From Callorhinchus milii (lineage: Eukaryota): 64,000 nucleotides of DNA. Under the pieces are notes generated by a model. The model saw nothing but the letters and a program-made list of their open reading frames with translations, ran no database searches and had not been told where the DNA came from. Location of the stretch: contig NW_024704807.1 in the NCBI RefSeq assembly GCF_018977255.1, forward strand, positions 62,001 to 126,000, given 5' to 3'. Below, piece by piece: positions 1 through 12,119 of this stretch. Made by a program: the position numbers and the translations under genes. How positions within the stretch are numbered: the first letter of the stretch is position 1; the number at the start of each line of letters is the position of its first letter.

Positions 1-317
1 CTTTCTGGAATTAGGTTCACAGGATGCATCCCTCCAGGGAGAGAGTGCGCATTTCATTCCGATAATCTATCTCTGGGATTTCCATGTGTAGGGGGGGCTG
101 CGTGGAATTCTCAGTTCGGTTGGGATACTCTTAAGAATGGTGATGGGTTTTGGCACGTGTCGGGCACCCGGCTGACCAAAAAAAGGATATTTCCATCCAT
201 CTATTCCTTTATCATGGCTCATTGGCTATTTGATTTCCTTTCTTCCCAAATACCAGTATCCAGTCTCTGCGTCATACAGAGCCCAACAGCATTGATACAT
301 GTGACAGTTTGGGTAAT

Positions 318-506
318 AATAATCCCTCCAAAATAAAACAATAATAAATTGGTCATTTTCAATCTACGACTGTTTGTGGGACATTGCTGTGCGCAATTGG
401 CTGCCGCGTTCGCCCACAAATATACAGTCAATTCACTTTACAGTCAATACTGTGAAGCGCTTTGGGACGTCCTCCCGACGTGAAAAGCGCTATATCAAAT
501 GCAAGG

Positions 507-537
<31 letters not shown>

Positions 538-541
538 TTAT
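318..541 (+). mobile_element. tRNA-derived SINE, 3' portion with (ATT)n tail
   Basis: Near-identical to the body and tail of the full-length copy at 42539-42860 (aataataatccctcc...aagcgctttgggacgtcc...aaatgcaaggattattatt). Confidence 0.85.
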
Positions 542-1275
542 TCCATCATCTGAGGTGACATACTTTTAGTTGTACGTTCTCTTATCTGTCAGAATGCTTT
601 TGGTTCAGGATTCAAGTTGACAATTTGAGATCAAATTCTAGATTGAAATTCAAATCCATGAAACAATAAATCCTCATAAACTGTCATTCATGACAGCCGT
701 TGCTCCCGTATCATAATGGAAACTAAAAGAGTAATTCGCAATTATTTTGCCAAAAGTCCTATGCGATCATTATCTTCCACGTGAACAGACAAGTCAGTAC
801 CTCAGTCGAATAACAGTAACAAACCTTTCATTTGATAAAGCACATTATCTCGTGTTAGAGACGTCTTAAAGAGCTGCATTGAAAATATTGTAAAGTGAAT
901 TCATGGTACGTTTTGCGTCATCCAAGAATTGAATTTTTTTTATCTTTTATTTCCAGGATTTATTACCGACCCGGAAAAGTGATACAAAATGTTGGAAGGC
1001 CGCCGGATATGCTTATCTCTTCCAAATGCTCCTCGACTTCAAAATACTCCACTTCAAATCCCCTTCTGGATTAAAGAGGACAATTTGTAAATGCTTAAAT
1101 TTAGCTGGCAGCCTTCTTTGATTTCTTGATCAGTTGGACATAAATAGTAAAGTGTCGCCCTCTGAAGGCCAATGTGCCACAATTCATCACTGCTTCATAT
1201 TTCATGGCAAACTTGAAGTAAAGCAGTGATTGTAATAATAATGTGTTGAGGTTCCCAGTGGCTTATATTACTGAG

Positions 1276-1480
1276 GCTCAGAGTACAGTAACACTCCCCG
1301 CTGTCAGACACTGTGAGACCACAGACACTGAAGCCCCCCCTTCCACACACCAAATCCTCGCCTCACAATTATGTTGATCTGTTCTGAGCCCCAAAGGGCC
1401 TTTTTCATTATAATACTTTACATTGCAACACAGAATTGAGCCAAACTTGCCAACGGCAATTGTACATTGTTGTACTTGCG
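1276..1480 (-). pseudogene. Degenerate TCR V relic (family G), FR3 remnant
   Basis: Minus strand reads FSVCGLTVSDSGECYCTLSL, resembling LSISGLTVSDSAVYYCAL, followed by a degenerate heptamer CTCAGTA (1269-1275). Upstream part is frameshifted; 5' boundary approximate. Confidence 0.6.
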
Positions 1481-2381
1481 GACTATTTAACCAGTAATAA
1501 ATAGGAATCCGTTGTTATTCGATTGGCGAACCACTTTCCGGGTTAATAATCCCTCCGAAAGTTGTTGGTCACAGCTCTACGCCAATCGACAAACTGATGA
1601 GTTCCTACTTGCTGCTATTTAAACAGAGGTGTGTGGAATAAGGAAACTTGCCCATCGTTTCCCCCACCGTGAGTCGAACCCAGGTCTCTCACTGGCGAGA
1701 TGTGTGTTCTAACAACTGAGCTACTGGACATCGCAGATATAACCTTTGAATCAATATTGGTCATATATTAGAACATTGGCATATTGAAATACAATACATT
1801 TGTTTCTCAGTCTGAAGCTTTAGGAAACCCATCGCAAGGTTATAGGGACTACAAATATTGCTACCTCCCACTTCCTCATGGAAATTACTGAAATAGTCTT
1901 TTTGAATTGAATGAGCATTCTCCTCCCTGATGAAACTATGCAGTTTAGCTAAATCCGTCAATGATTAGCCACAAGTTGGCGAGAACCAAGGCTTGAGGAC
2001 CCCCACATTACGCTTTGGGGTAACTGTTGCTGTATAACCAGCTAATGCCACATAGTTTCCCGTTCACACCGCCAATTCGCAGCAACTTCTTTTAGCAGTA
2101 TATTTTGTGAAGCCGTTTGAGACATCTCGAAATCGCGATAAGGCGCTACATTAAATGTAAGATTCACTATTAATTCGTTCACTCTTTCCCTACACGAACT
2201 GTTCCATCACATTTTGATTGTGGTTGGCAATCAGCCGCGTGTTTCCTCTGAGAGACACAGGAGCAAAGTAAAAAATGTGAATTAGGTCAACTGTCAGCAT
2301 TTACACATGTGCTGAGATGAGACCCTTTCTCTCCTCTTTGGAGGTTTATGCACAGTGATGTAGTCTGACAGTAATACTGTG

Positions 2382-2686
2382 TTTGTGATGGCACAGTAAT
2401 GTTTGACCATGTCAGACAGCCTCGTGGAGCACAAATGCAGTGGATATCTTCTTGCCCGTGTACATATTTGGCGTTAAACTTTGCGTTGTAAATCCACTAA
2501 TGAATATATCCCCATTAGAATCACGTCTCCTTGTGTACAGAGGAGGTTCCCTTGGATACTGACGGTACCAGAATATTAAAACATTGGGGGAATCAGCAGA
2601 GGAGGTGCAGATCCGGGTTACAGTCTGGCCTTCAATAACAGACACTTCCATCTCTGATGGTTCAATACTGACTCCATTCCCTGTCC
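2382..2686 (-). pseudogene. TCR alpha/delta V pseudogene, family A copy 1
   Basis: Acceptor ctatag at 2687. Reads GTGNGVSIEPSE..C..WYRQYPREPP. A 1-nt frameshift precedes RLSDMVKHYCAIT. RSS CACAGTA-23-GCATAAACC at 2343-2381. No leader exon found. Confidence 0.85.
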
Positions 2687-3822
2687 CTATAGCCAGAGAA
2701 AACATGTTTACCAGTGTCACACAAAGCCCAGAGGTAAATCCACATATTGTTTTAAGAGTGAGGGAGAAAGACTTAAACATCATGCCCAATAACAGTGAAT
2801 GTAACATCGCAAAGGAATTAGCATCGCAAACGTGCTGCCCTGTTATCCTATAAAGCACATAAGAACTCAAATTTACAATCAAAATATGTGAAGAGCTTTA
2901 AGTGATACTCCATACCGAAAAATATATAAGGACTATTGTTCCTTCATCTCCAGGATTTATTTTCTATGCTGGGTTGTCAAAAAATCAACCTTGTGTTCCA
3001 ACGTCGGTCAAGTAAAACCCATTGATTATCTTGACTTCATCTGTTACAAGTAACATAATATGAATCGTTGCATTTGATATAGAGATTCTACATTTTTAAC
3101 TGGAGCGCACACGTGTGTCGTACAAAAACAGTCCTGGATCAAGTAACAAAATTATTATTTGCCAATTATCTTTGCACCGGTCATTACCCCAGAAAATAAT
3201 CTGACAGTCGAACAACAACCGCTTTCCCACTTACTGGAGGAAAAATAGAGACGAGAGTATGGAGTAAGTAAACTTGATCAACTTTTCGCACTGCATGGGA
3301 TTCGAACCCACGTGCTCTCAATAACCATTAAGGTACAACTCTACACTTCCATTAAAATATCACTCTAAACAACTTTGTGTGAAAACATATGGAACACCAT
3401 TATTTATGTGCCCGCTCCAACCAACAAAAAATTGGATTGGGCATTTTTACTGCAAAATATACAGCCAATTCTATTGAAAGAATATTCTTAGAAGCGCTTT
3501 GTGCAGTCTCAATGACGTGCTGCAATAATGTAAAGATTATGTTATTTGTTACTTTCTTTTTATTACTCTTATTATCAATATGTCAATCTTCCAACAAACA
3601 TTTCTACAATCTTCTATCTGTTGATGAAGAGCATCTCAAATATACAGTGGAAAATTATCACATATTATAACTGAATTGATAAACCTCGATAAGTTGTGAG
3701 TTACGCTGTCAGCTGGCAGAAGGTTTGTTATACTGTCTGTCACTAACGGTACTGTACTGCTTCCCAGCTTTGGTTGTGATGAGGGTTATTGTACGAGGTT
3801 TCCTATGATGTGTACCACTGTG

Positions 3823-4124
3823 GTGCAGACTGAGTGCACAGTGATACATAGCGGAGTCTGTCAGCCGCAGGTCGGCGATGGTTAAAACGCTGATATTCTT
3901 GGCAGTGTCAAGAGAAGCAGAAATGTGACCTCCGGTGGGATTTCCTCCCTCTCCTGAGGGTTTTCCGTGGAGCAGGTATCTCAGTTCCTCGCCAGGGGAC
4001 TGACGGTACCAGGAGACGCTGAAATCCTCTCCACTGCATGCTGTAACTTTGCAAAGTAATGTAATATTCTCACCAGCGAAAGACATGTGTTCAGGCGGTG
4101 ACTGGGAAACAGCTTTACTCGATC
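3823..4124 (-). CDS. Supporting TCR-delta V (leaderless) of NAR-TCR cassette 1
   Basis: Acceptor ccccgcag at 4125. Open exon SSKAVSQSPPEHMSFAGENITLLCKVTACSGEDFSVSWYRQ...YHCALSLH with an extra Cys in CDR1. RSS CACAGTG-23-ACAATAACC at 3784-3822. No leader between it and J1. Confidence 0.92.
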
Positions 4125-4389
4125 CTGCGGGGAGCAGATTATAAGCTGTTTTAAATCATGGAATAATATAACCTTATTGCACAGAAAAGGATTCTTCGGC
4201 CCACCGTTCCTTCGCCGTCTCTATGAAAGAGCTGCCCATTTATTCCCGCTCCCCTTCACACATCGCTTCCATATTATTTATTTTTACTATTATTTAATAA
4301 CAGTAATAGTTATATTATTTATTATTATTTAATTTTTTTGTTTGGAGCTTATTGTTCATCTGCTTGTACCGCAATTTCAAGCAATGCAT

Positions 4390-4710
4390 TCCAGAATATA
4401 TAAGCTTTGCGGTAAAATTTAAAGTTTTCCTCATCTCCCATCTGAGCTTTTAACAATTACCTTAAACTTGTATTTGGTCTAACGACCCACTCGCCCGTGG
4501 AAGAATTTTATCTATTCTATCAACAACCCTCACAATTTTAAACACTTCACTTAAACCTGCCCTTAACCTAAGTTGCTCTTAGGAGAACGTTTCCATATAC
4601 TAATCGCTTCCTATCAATGAATTCCCTCATCCCTGGTTTTATTCTGTTAAATTTCCTTTGCTCCCTGTGTAAGTTGAAGACAAACTACTTAATATGTCTA
4701 CGAAAGGCTT
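4390..4710 (-). mobile_element. Degenerate CR1 LINE 3' fragment
   Basis: Homologous in position and sequence to the clearer CR1 pieces at 17280-17640 and 50270-50760. Confidence 0.5.
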
Positions 4711-5138
4711 TATACCAATGGTAAGTATTGCTGTTATGTCAAAAAAAGGAAGAGCAGAGGAATGGATTAAATTAAAGAGCTGCTGTAGCTGAGACAGTTA
4801 ACATGTTTACAGTAATGAAATGATCTCCCATAAACGCACAGATTAATTAAGCTTTGTTTGTCTAGTTTCATATTTGTTTGCTGTAGTGGATTGTCCACAT
4901 TGAGACTTTGGGTGTGTGTGATCATGGGAATGTTTAGAAGGGAATCAGGTGTCAGTTTGCACCGTTAACTCAGTGGGTTTACAGTTGAAGCAAATGCAAA
5001 GTTTCCCTTCTGTATATGTTGTTACTTTTACATCGCTGCTGGAGGAGGTTCAGTCTCTGGTTTGTTGCCAATATCAGTTGCTCTCTCAGTCTGTGAGCTG
5101 CTCAATACAGTTTCACTTGGGCCAGAAGCAAAGTGCCT

Positions 5139-5340
5139 TCTTTCTTTTTTTCTTTCTTTCTTTTTTTCATTCTGTTTTTCTTTCTTTCTTTCCTTGTTTC
5201 CTTATTTCATTCTTTCCTTCTTTCATTCTTTCCTTGTTTCCTTCTTGCTTTCTTGCTTTATTGATTTCTTGATTTCTTGGTTTCTTGCTTTCTGTCTGTC
5301 TGCTTTCTCTGAAATCCTTTTTTCTTTCTTTAACCAACAT
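5139..5340. repeat. (CTTT)n-like low-complexity repeat
   Basis: Pyrimidine-rich simple repeat. The equivalent position in the other cassettes is an N run. Confidence 0.9.
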
Positions 5341-5939
5341 TCATCTTCATTTTGACAGCTCGTAGTGTGTCCTCGCACTCAGATATGATAATTATTGGTT
5401 TATTGTGTTGGTGTAGAATAAAACAGAAGTCACTTGGGGATCTCAGCTTCTAAGGAGTGGGGAAAGTTAATGAACTTATCAGTTCGATGACATTGATTCA
5501 GAAACTGCGGTGTGATGGAATGGAGCAGGTTATACAATAGTTCACATTGGAGCCAATTCAGTTCGAAGGATCACACTACTTCACGGGAAAATTCAGGATG
5601 TTAGGAGTTTTTAAAATTTCGATTGACCCATCATGTGTTGCTTAAATAACTTACCTGAGTTTACTTTCGAGAGTCCGTCTGAGCATATGCCTTTGGCAGC
5701 AATGTTGTGACTTAACAAAACAAAGATATAAAAGCTGTTCATTTGAGAAAGAAGCTTCAAAGCAGGAGCTGTTCAACCTTTTCCAATTTACAGATATATA
5801 TATGTACGGAATCTTGCAAAATCGGTCAAAATAGTTTGTTGAAATGGTAAATAATTCGATACAAATTGCTACAATAACGCGTTTTACAAAATCCCGTAAA
5901 TCACGTAAATTTACTTTTTTAGAAATTGTTTTCACTCAC

Positions 5940-5992
5940 TTCTTGTTATAGTTACTGCGGTTCCTGATCCGTCAATGGTTCTTTCATAACAA
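5940..5992 (-). CDS. NAR-TCR J segment 1
   Basis: RSS on plus strand: CACAGTG (5993-5999)-23-ACAAAAACT (6023-6031). Minus strand encodes CYERTIDGSGTAVTITR, then a phase-1 donor GTGAGT (5934-5939). Confidence 0.92.
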
Positions 5993-6383
5993 CACAGTGA
6001 CACAATTCTCCTTCTTCAAAGTACAAAAACTGTTACAATAGTCCATGATTTAATGTTGGCACCAGTACACCCAATGCTGAAAAATTGGTCATTGATTCAC
6101 ATCACTGAACCTCATCAAACTTCATAACTTTCATACGTTGCATTTGTCCAAATCATTTAATTTCAATATCATTTTGTCCCAACAGAGGCAAAGTGCATGG
6201 CACTTTCTGTCTGTACATCTTTCTGTAAATAGTTCAAGACAGTTCTACTTAGAGTAATTAATTTCGAAATCAAGCTTTTGAAACAATCAACAGCATAAAA
6301 TAAAACAGAGCTGTCAGTTTTTACGGCATCTGAATATCCATGAAAATATTTGTACAGTATTTGTGCTTATGTTTTCCAATGTG

Positions 6384-6401
6384 GCCTCTCCAGTTATCCA
6401 C
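6384..6401 (-). other. NAR-TCR D segment 1 (gtggataactggagaggc), 12/12 RSS
   Basis: Plus strand reads agtatttgt-12-caatgtg [D] cacggca-12-acaaaacgc (6356-6429). It lies between the NAR V and the J. Confidence 0.82.
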
Positions 6402-6794
6402 CACGGCATTTAATGTCAGCACAAAACGCACGGATTTGCCAAACAGTCCAACTGTTTTCCGCAACTTAGAAATGATCACTCAATGATATTCCATATAGAG
6501 TTATTTTGAATATCGTCCCAGTGGGATTTGACTTGCTGCCTCTCTCATGTAATTAAATCAATACGCATATGAATCGCAGAAAATTTCCAATGGCCATTCC
6601 TGTTCACCATAATTTCCTAAATATTAATAAACAGTTGTTATCCCTTACAGGAAATATGAGTAAACATAATTTTATATCACACTTGAACGAGGAATGTGCA
6701 TTAAGTACACTGACACGTTCACATTCTCTGTGTTTTTACTGTGAGTCGGAGAAGGGGCATTTTGTATTGCCGGAAGCCCAGATGCAACACTGTG

Positions 6795-7492
6795 CTTTAC
6801 AAGTAATCGTATCGAGCTTTACAGTAGTAGACAGCACTGTCTTCAACCTGCAAATCATTAATTTTCAGGGAAGTCGACTTTGATCCCTTTTCTATTTTTA
6901 GAACAAACCGTTCTTCACGAGGGATGGGCCTCCAATGTCTGTCATTTGGAAACCATCTATAAAATACGATGCTCTTGAGAGTGTCGTAATACCCAGCTTC
7001 AAAGTCACAGGTGATGGTCAAAGAGTGGCATTCTTCTCTCCTCAGAGGGGATGGCGTCTGATTTACCGACCGACTGAAAACATCTGAATTTTTAACATAA
7101 TATGACATTAGTTTAATAGAGTTCATGTCTTCACCGCATCAATGATAATTTATTGTAAAATGCAATCAAGATAAATAATACAGTTTTCATATATTTCAAC
7201 TAATTAATTATAGTGCGTCATGGAATATAACTATCATGATATAAATAATCTGAATTGGCTGCTAAGTTTCGCCCCCAAAAGAAAGCCAATTCACTTTGCA
7301 ATATATTCCGTGATTTGCTTTGAGACGACTCATCCACGTGATAAGGCGTTATATTAAATGCAAGAATTATTGTTATTTTTATTTCGCAGACTGTATTGAT
7401 TATATTCACTCATGCTAGGTCTTGTTGGGTAATGCAAAAGAACACTTACATTGTAAGAAGAGTAAGGAGATAGAGATATAGAGGAGAGACAT
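6795..7492 (-). CDS. NAR-TCR V1 (IgNAR-like V): leader 7450-7492, V exon 6795-7083
   Basis: Leader MSLLYISISLLFLQ + GTAAGT. Exon YVFSRSVNQTPSPLRREECHSLTITC...FYR...RFVLKIEKGSKSTSLKINDLQVEDSAVYYCKARYDYL aligns by eye with IgNAR V (VDQTP..ESLTINC..RYVETVNSGSKSFSLRINDLTVEDS) and has the truncated CDR2 region. RSS CACAGTG-22-ACAAAATGC at 6757-6794. Confidence 0.92.
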
Positions 7493-8169
7493 TCTCTCAC
7501 CGCTGGGAGATACCGTCAGCCCCGGACACCTCAGTGACTGTGAGTAAGACAGGACTGTTCTGTAAGAGCGTTGGAGATTTGGTTTATATGTGATGAACAG
7601 CGCTTCTCAACATGGCTGTTGTCAGCTGCTTTGATGGGTGGGTGGGGGATGGGGGGAAGGTTGATATGGGACGAGTGATAGCACCTACGTGAGGAAATGG
7701 ACTGACAGACAGCGTCCGAGAGCAAGTCAAAGCAGCCGGAAGTTAGCGACATATGGGTGATGATGGGTGAGAAGGAGGAGTGAGTAATTTTGGTAAAACA
7801 GCATAGGGTGGGGGTGGTTATAGGAGTCTCTGAGGTAGAGACGGTAATACAGGATTGTGTGGCTGCAGAGGGACATACAGGAGGAAGCGGAGGCAGCGAA
7901 CCGTATGTTCACGTTTCACTCTATTCTGTGAAGCGCTTTGACAAGTCTGATCTACATGGTTCGGCGCGGTATCAAATACAAGGATTATTATGTATCTGTG
8001 TCGGTCTGTCTATCTGTGTGTGTGAGTTCGTGTGTTTCAGTCTGTCTGTCTGTCTGTCTCTCTGTCTGTGTCTCTATCTTTGTCCCTCTGTCTGCCAGTG
8101 TTTCACACCTTACACATAAGTGCACACACAGACACTCACAGACGAACACACAAACAAATCAATTCCAGG

Positions 8170-8420
8170 CAGAGCGAAACCTTCGGCAAGTTCCCTTACT
8201 CCACACGCCTAATAATAATCCCTCAAAAAAACAACAATAATGAATTGGTTATTTTCAATAGGTGGCTCTTTGTGGGACATTGTTTTGCGCAATTGGCTGC
8301 CGTGTTAGCCGACAAATATACAGTGAATTCACTCTGCAATATATTCTGTGAAGCGCATCGGGACGACGAGAAGACTTGAAAAGCGCTGTACCAAATGCAA
8401 GGATTATTATTATTATTGTT
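8170..8420 (+). mobile_element. tRNA-derived SINE, 5'-truncated, next to a (TCTG)n microsatellite at about 8005-8100
   Basis: Matches the body and tail of the SINE at 42539. Confidence 0.8.
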
Positions 8421-11379
8421 GTTATTACACACTGTTTACCTACCAGTAGATACGAACCCATTTGTGAGACGATAGGCGGAGCGTTTTCCAGTGGTAATAA
8501 TTCTTTCAGAACCATAATAAATTTTAACGATCAATCCACAATTATGTGTGGGACGTCGCTGTGTGAAATTATCTAACGGGTTTCGCACACAAAACGCACA
8601 GTGGCAATCCTTGGCTGTATACGGTGTGAAGCGCTTTGCGAAATGTAGATGGCGCGTTGAGGCTCTATATCATGTGCAAGGATTGTTTTTATAACCATAC
8701 CTATTATTATGCTGTCTATTTTGGCACTAAGCTTTCGTCTTCACAATTGGCGTTAATGTTGGTGATCGAGGTGATTGAGGGGGAGTGAGAAGCTGATCAG
8801 TTGTTCTAACAATATTATGTGATTTTGTTTAACTTCCACGATACAGGTGGACAATGCTGTTTAAGGCTGTGTGTGAGGCAGAGGTGATTGTTTCGATGAT
8901 GCTGCATTCATATTTATACTTATAGTCATACTATTTCTCGGATTTCATATTATGCTTTATCATATCATTGAGTCGTCTCAAATTGCTTGTAAAAGGGGAA
9001 ACTTTGTGTTTTGGTTGTGGTTGTGCAACGCTGCATCCAACTGCATACAGCAATGACACTCAAACAGCGATGGTTTGCGAGATCGCATTACAGCTTGATT
9101 TATTTGATGTATCTTTTTCATTCACTTATTTCTTTGGATATTTATTTGTTTGTTCGGGGGCTTATTATTGTTGGAGGAAATATTTCCACCGCAAGCGATC
9201 CACCAGTCGACTAACAACCGTGTTTCAATTTATTGCTTGGTAACTGGAGACATGAAGCATCAGGAAATTTGCCTAACTTTTACGCCTCCTCCCGGAACCG
9301 CCCCCGAGTCTTTTCCAATCCGACTTTAGCACTCTAACCAACAAGCTACAGGTCTCCATATTACTCGCAGTGCTCAGCGTTAATGGGCTGTACTCCCAAT
9401 GTGAAAGGCGCTATATAACAGTGAGTTTTATTTCATTGTGATATGGAGACATCTACCGGTGTTTCAGGTGAATGACAGTGTATGTGATTTATCGGCATGA
9501 GTTGATTCATGTTTAGAATTACTCAGGTATCAATCAAGTGCAGGAAAAATCGATTAACATTAAAACTCCTCTCGGATAGAGATATTCTTTCTCAACACCT
9601 TCTTCCTCAAACACCCGTTCCCGACGTCCTTTCCCCCAGTACATAACGCCAGCCTACCCCGCCCCAGCTTCCAGCCCCTCCTCCCAACACACCACCCACA
9701 GATCCAACCGCCGCAAACCTAAAGCCGAGCTCCCACACCCTGAAATCTCCCATCCCCACGGCCACTCTCTCCAGCTCGGGATTATCCACGTTTTGGGACA
9801 TCCGCTCCAAGGGCAGTGAACTTTATTCATCTAAGTTAATTCTTGTTTTGAAGTGTAAGCGGCAATAGTGCTGAGCTTGTAAATGGGGCGCAACTTGGTA
9901 CTGAAATGGCTCCAAGTTGACAAGCCTGGCAACGGAAAGTGGGAATCGATCCAGCCCTCCCTCATGATCTCTGGTCCGGTTCCTATGCCATGCGGGTCCG
10001 CAGCAGACCAGGCCGCCGTTGATGACATGACTCGCTGATGGCTCCATGGCTGGATACGGAAGGGCAGAAAAGTCAGTGGAAAAGCGAATACACACACTGA
10101 GCTCATGCCAATCCTCAAGCCATAATGCTACCAAGTAATATGGTCCAACCAGGTCAAGCAGTGAGACAGCTGCCAGACAACAATATCAATGACAAGCTAT
10201 GCATTTGTAGATGGTAAGATTGCTGCAGTTACACCAGCAGTACCAACGGGGGTCCCCCCAAGCCTGGACTCTTGCGAACCTGCGCCAAATACTTTCCGGA
10301 ATTGGGTGTCTCTCTCATGGAGACAGTGTGCATTTCATTCCAGCAGTTTATTGCTGGGATTTTCATGTGCAGCTGGGATGCGCGCATATCTCAGCTTTGG
10401 TTAGATACTCTTAAGCATAACGATGGGTTATGTTGTCTGTCAGAGAACCGGATGACCGACCCGAAAAAAAAGTGTAATGAAGTGATGGAGCAAAGGTTTC
10501 TCAGATTGTTATACAATACACCTTGCACATCTTTGCATAAACAGACGTAAAGACAAAGATTAATTTAACATAATGGATGACTGGCGAGGAACATACATAA
10601 ATTTTACAGTGTATGCTTTGAAGCTGTTTGAGGAGTCTCGAAGACGTGATAAGATACTTTACCAAATGCAAAGTTTAATATTGTTGTTGTTATTATAATT
10701 TATTTCACTCTTTACCTAAATGAACCACTCCATCGCATTTTGCTGGTGGTTTGAAAGTCACGTGTTTCCTCCGAGAGACTCAGCAGGAAAGTCACAATTT
10801 ATCAAATAGGTCAACTGTCAGGAATAACATCTGTGCTGAGATGAAACCTTTACTCTCCTCTTCGGAGGTTTACATACAGTGGTGTATTCGGACATGAGAA
10901 GTGTACATTTAGTGATAGGGTTCAATATCAATCACAAGAATCATTATGTTTGAAATGTCTCAAACACTTGACAGAACATACTGTCATGAAAAGAGTAATA
11001 ATCCTTGCGTTTGGTATAACGATTTATCACCTCTTCTGGATGCAACAATGTACTTCACCGAATACACTGTATCGTGAATTGACTGTATTATGTGGGCGAA
11101 AATGGTAATTGCACTTTGTATGTATCCTCGTTCCCTCTTCTTGCTTAGCTTCAACCAGATATTGCCCCAATTGTTTTTCTATCTTTGCAAACGCAGAAGA
11201 CAGTAATTCAACGCAATATCATAGCACATATGAGGAAGGAGACCAATTAGCCTATCGTGTCTGTGCCGGCTTTTTTAAAAAAAACTATCCAGTTGAAAAC
11301 TGCACTACACCACCAGCCACTTGCCCTGCAAACTTATCTTTCCCAAACTTATCTATTTCTTTCTTAAAAGTTGATATCG

Positions 11380-11900
11380 AATCAGTTTCAATGTCAGGCT
11401 ACGGATTCCAAATGCGAACAGCACGTTGTGTGAGAAAAGTTCTTCTCACCTCCGCTCTGTTTCTTTCAAAGTCTATTTTAAATTGGTGTCCTTGTTGACA
11501 CAACCGCCAGTGGGAATACTTTCGGAATGTTTACCTTCTCGAATCCCATCACAATTTTCAAAACTTTTTTTAATCTCCTCGATAGATACTTTGCTCCAAG
11601 GACAACAAGGCCTGTTTCTCTAGCCTCCCTTGATAGCTGAAATCCCTCATTCCTGGTACCATCTGGTAAATCTTATTTGACCCCTTTCCAACGCCTTGAC
11701 ATGGTTCCTGATTTATGAGCCCAGAACTGAACAGAGTCTTCAGCTGAGGCCTATCCCATGTTTTATGAAAAGGTTCACTATAACTTCCTGGCCTTTGTAT
11801 TCTATGCCCCCATAAACAAAGCTTCCTCGCCCGTATGCATTTTAGAACTTTTATCTGGCTGTCCGGCCACGTATTTCGTTATACCAGGTGGACTGTTGCA
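11380..11900 (-). mobile_element. CR1 LINE ORF2 C-terminal fragment
   Basis: Minus strand gives disrupted CR1-like motifs (GIEYKGQEV...RPQLE...RFTRMVPGMRDFSYQGRLEK...). A paralogous copy lies at 37840-38490. Confidence 0.75.
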
Positions 11901-12119
11901 TCTAACTGAGTGTTTGTTTTGCCCTCAGTAAATTAAGACACAAATTATGCGGACTTTCAACATTGATTGATTTGTGGTGAATGGTGAAAGTGGCTTCCCC
12001 TGAATCTCGTTGCGCACAAAACCTGACTCTCAACAATCTGAATTGATCAGATGGATAGACCAAGCTCCCACAGCCTGGTTAGATGTTGTACGAGGCTGTA
12101 ACTGATTTGCATCGCTGTG

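Noticed and set aside
2895-2950. Candidate leader exon for family A (ATG AAG GAA CAA..CG|GTAT)
   Set aside because: Not hydrophobic, wrong phase, contains a stop in copy 1 and is deleted in copy 3.
4949-5355. Hydrophobic ORFs resembling membrane proteins (also 7790-8379, 18371-18604, 34111-34548)
   Set aside because: Translations of CTTT, TCTG and CA microsatellites.
10860-10920. RSS-like remnant with family-A 3' flank (also about 37430-37490)
   Set aside because: The heptamer has decayed and no V exon is attached, so it is not a usable signal.
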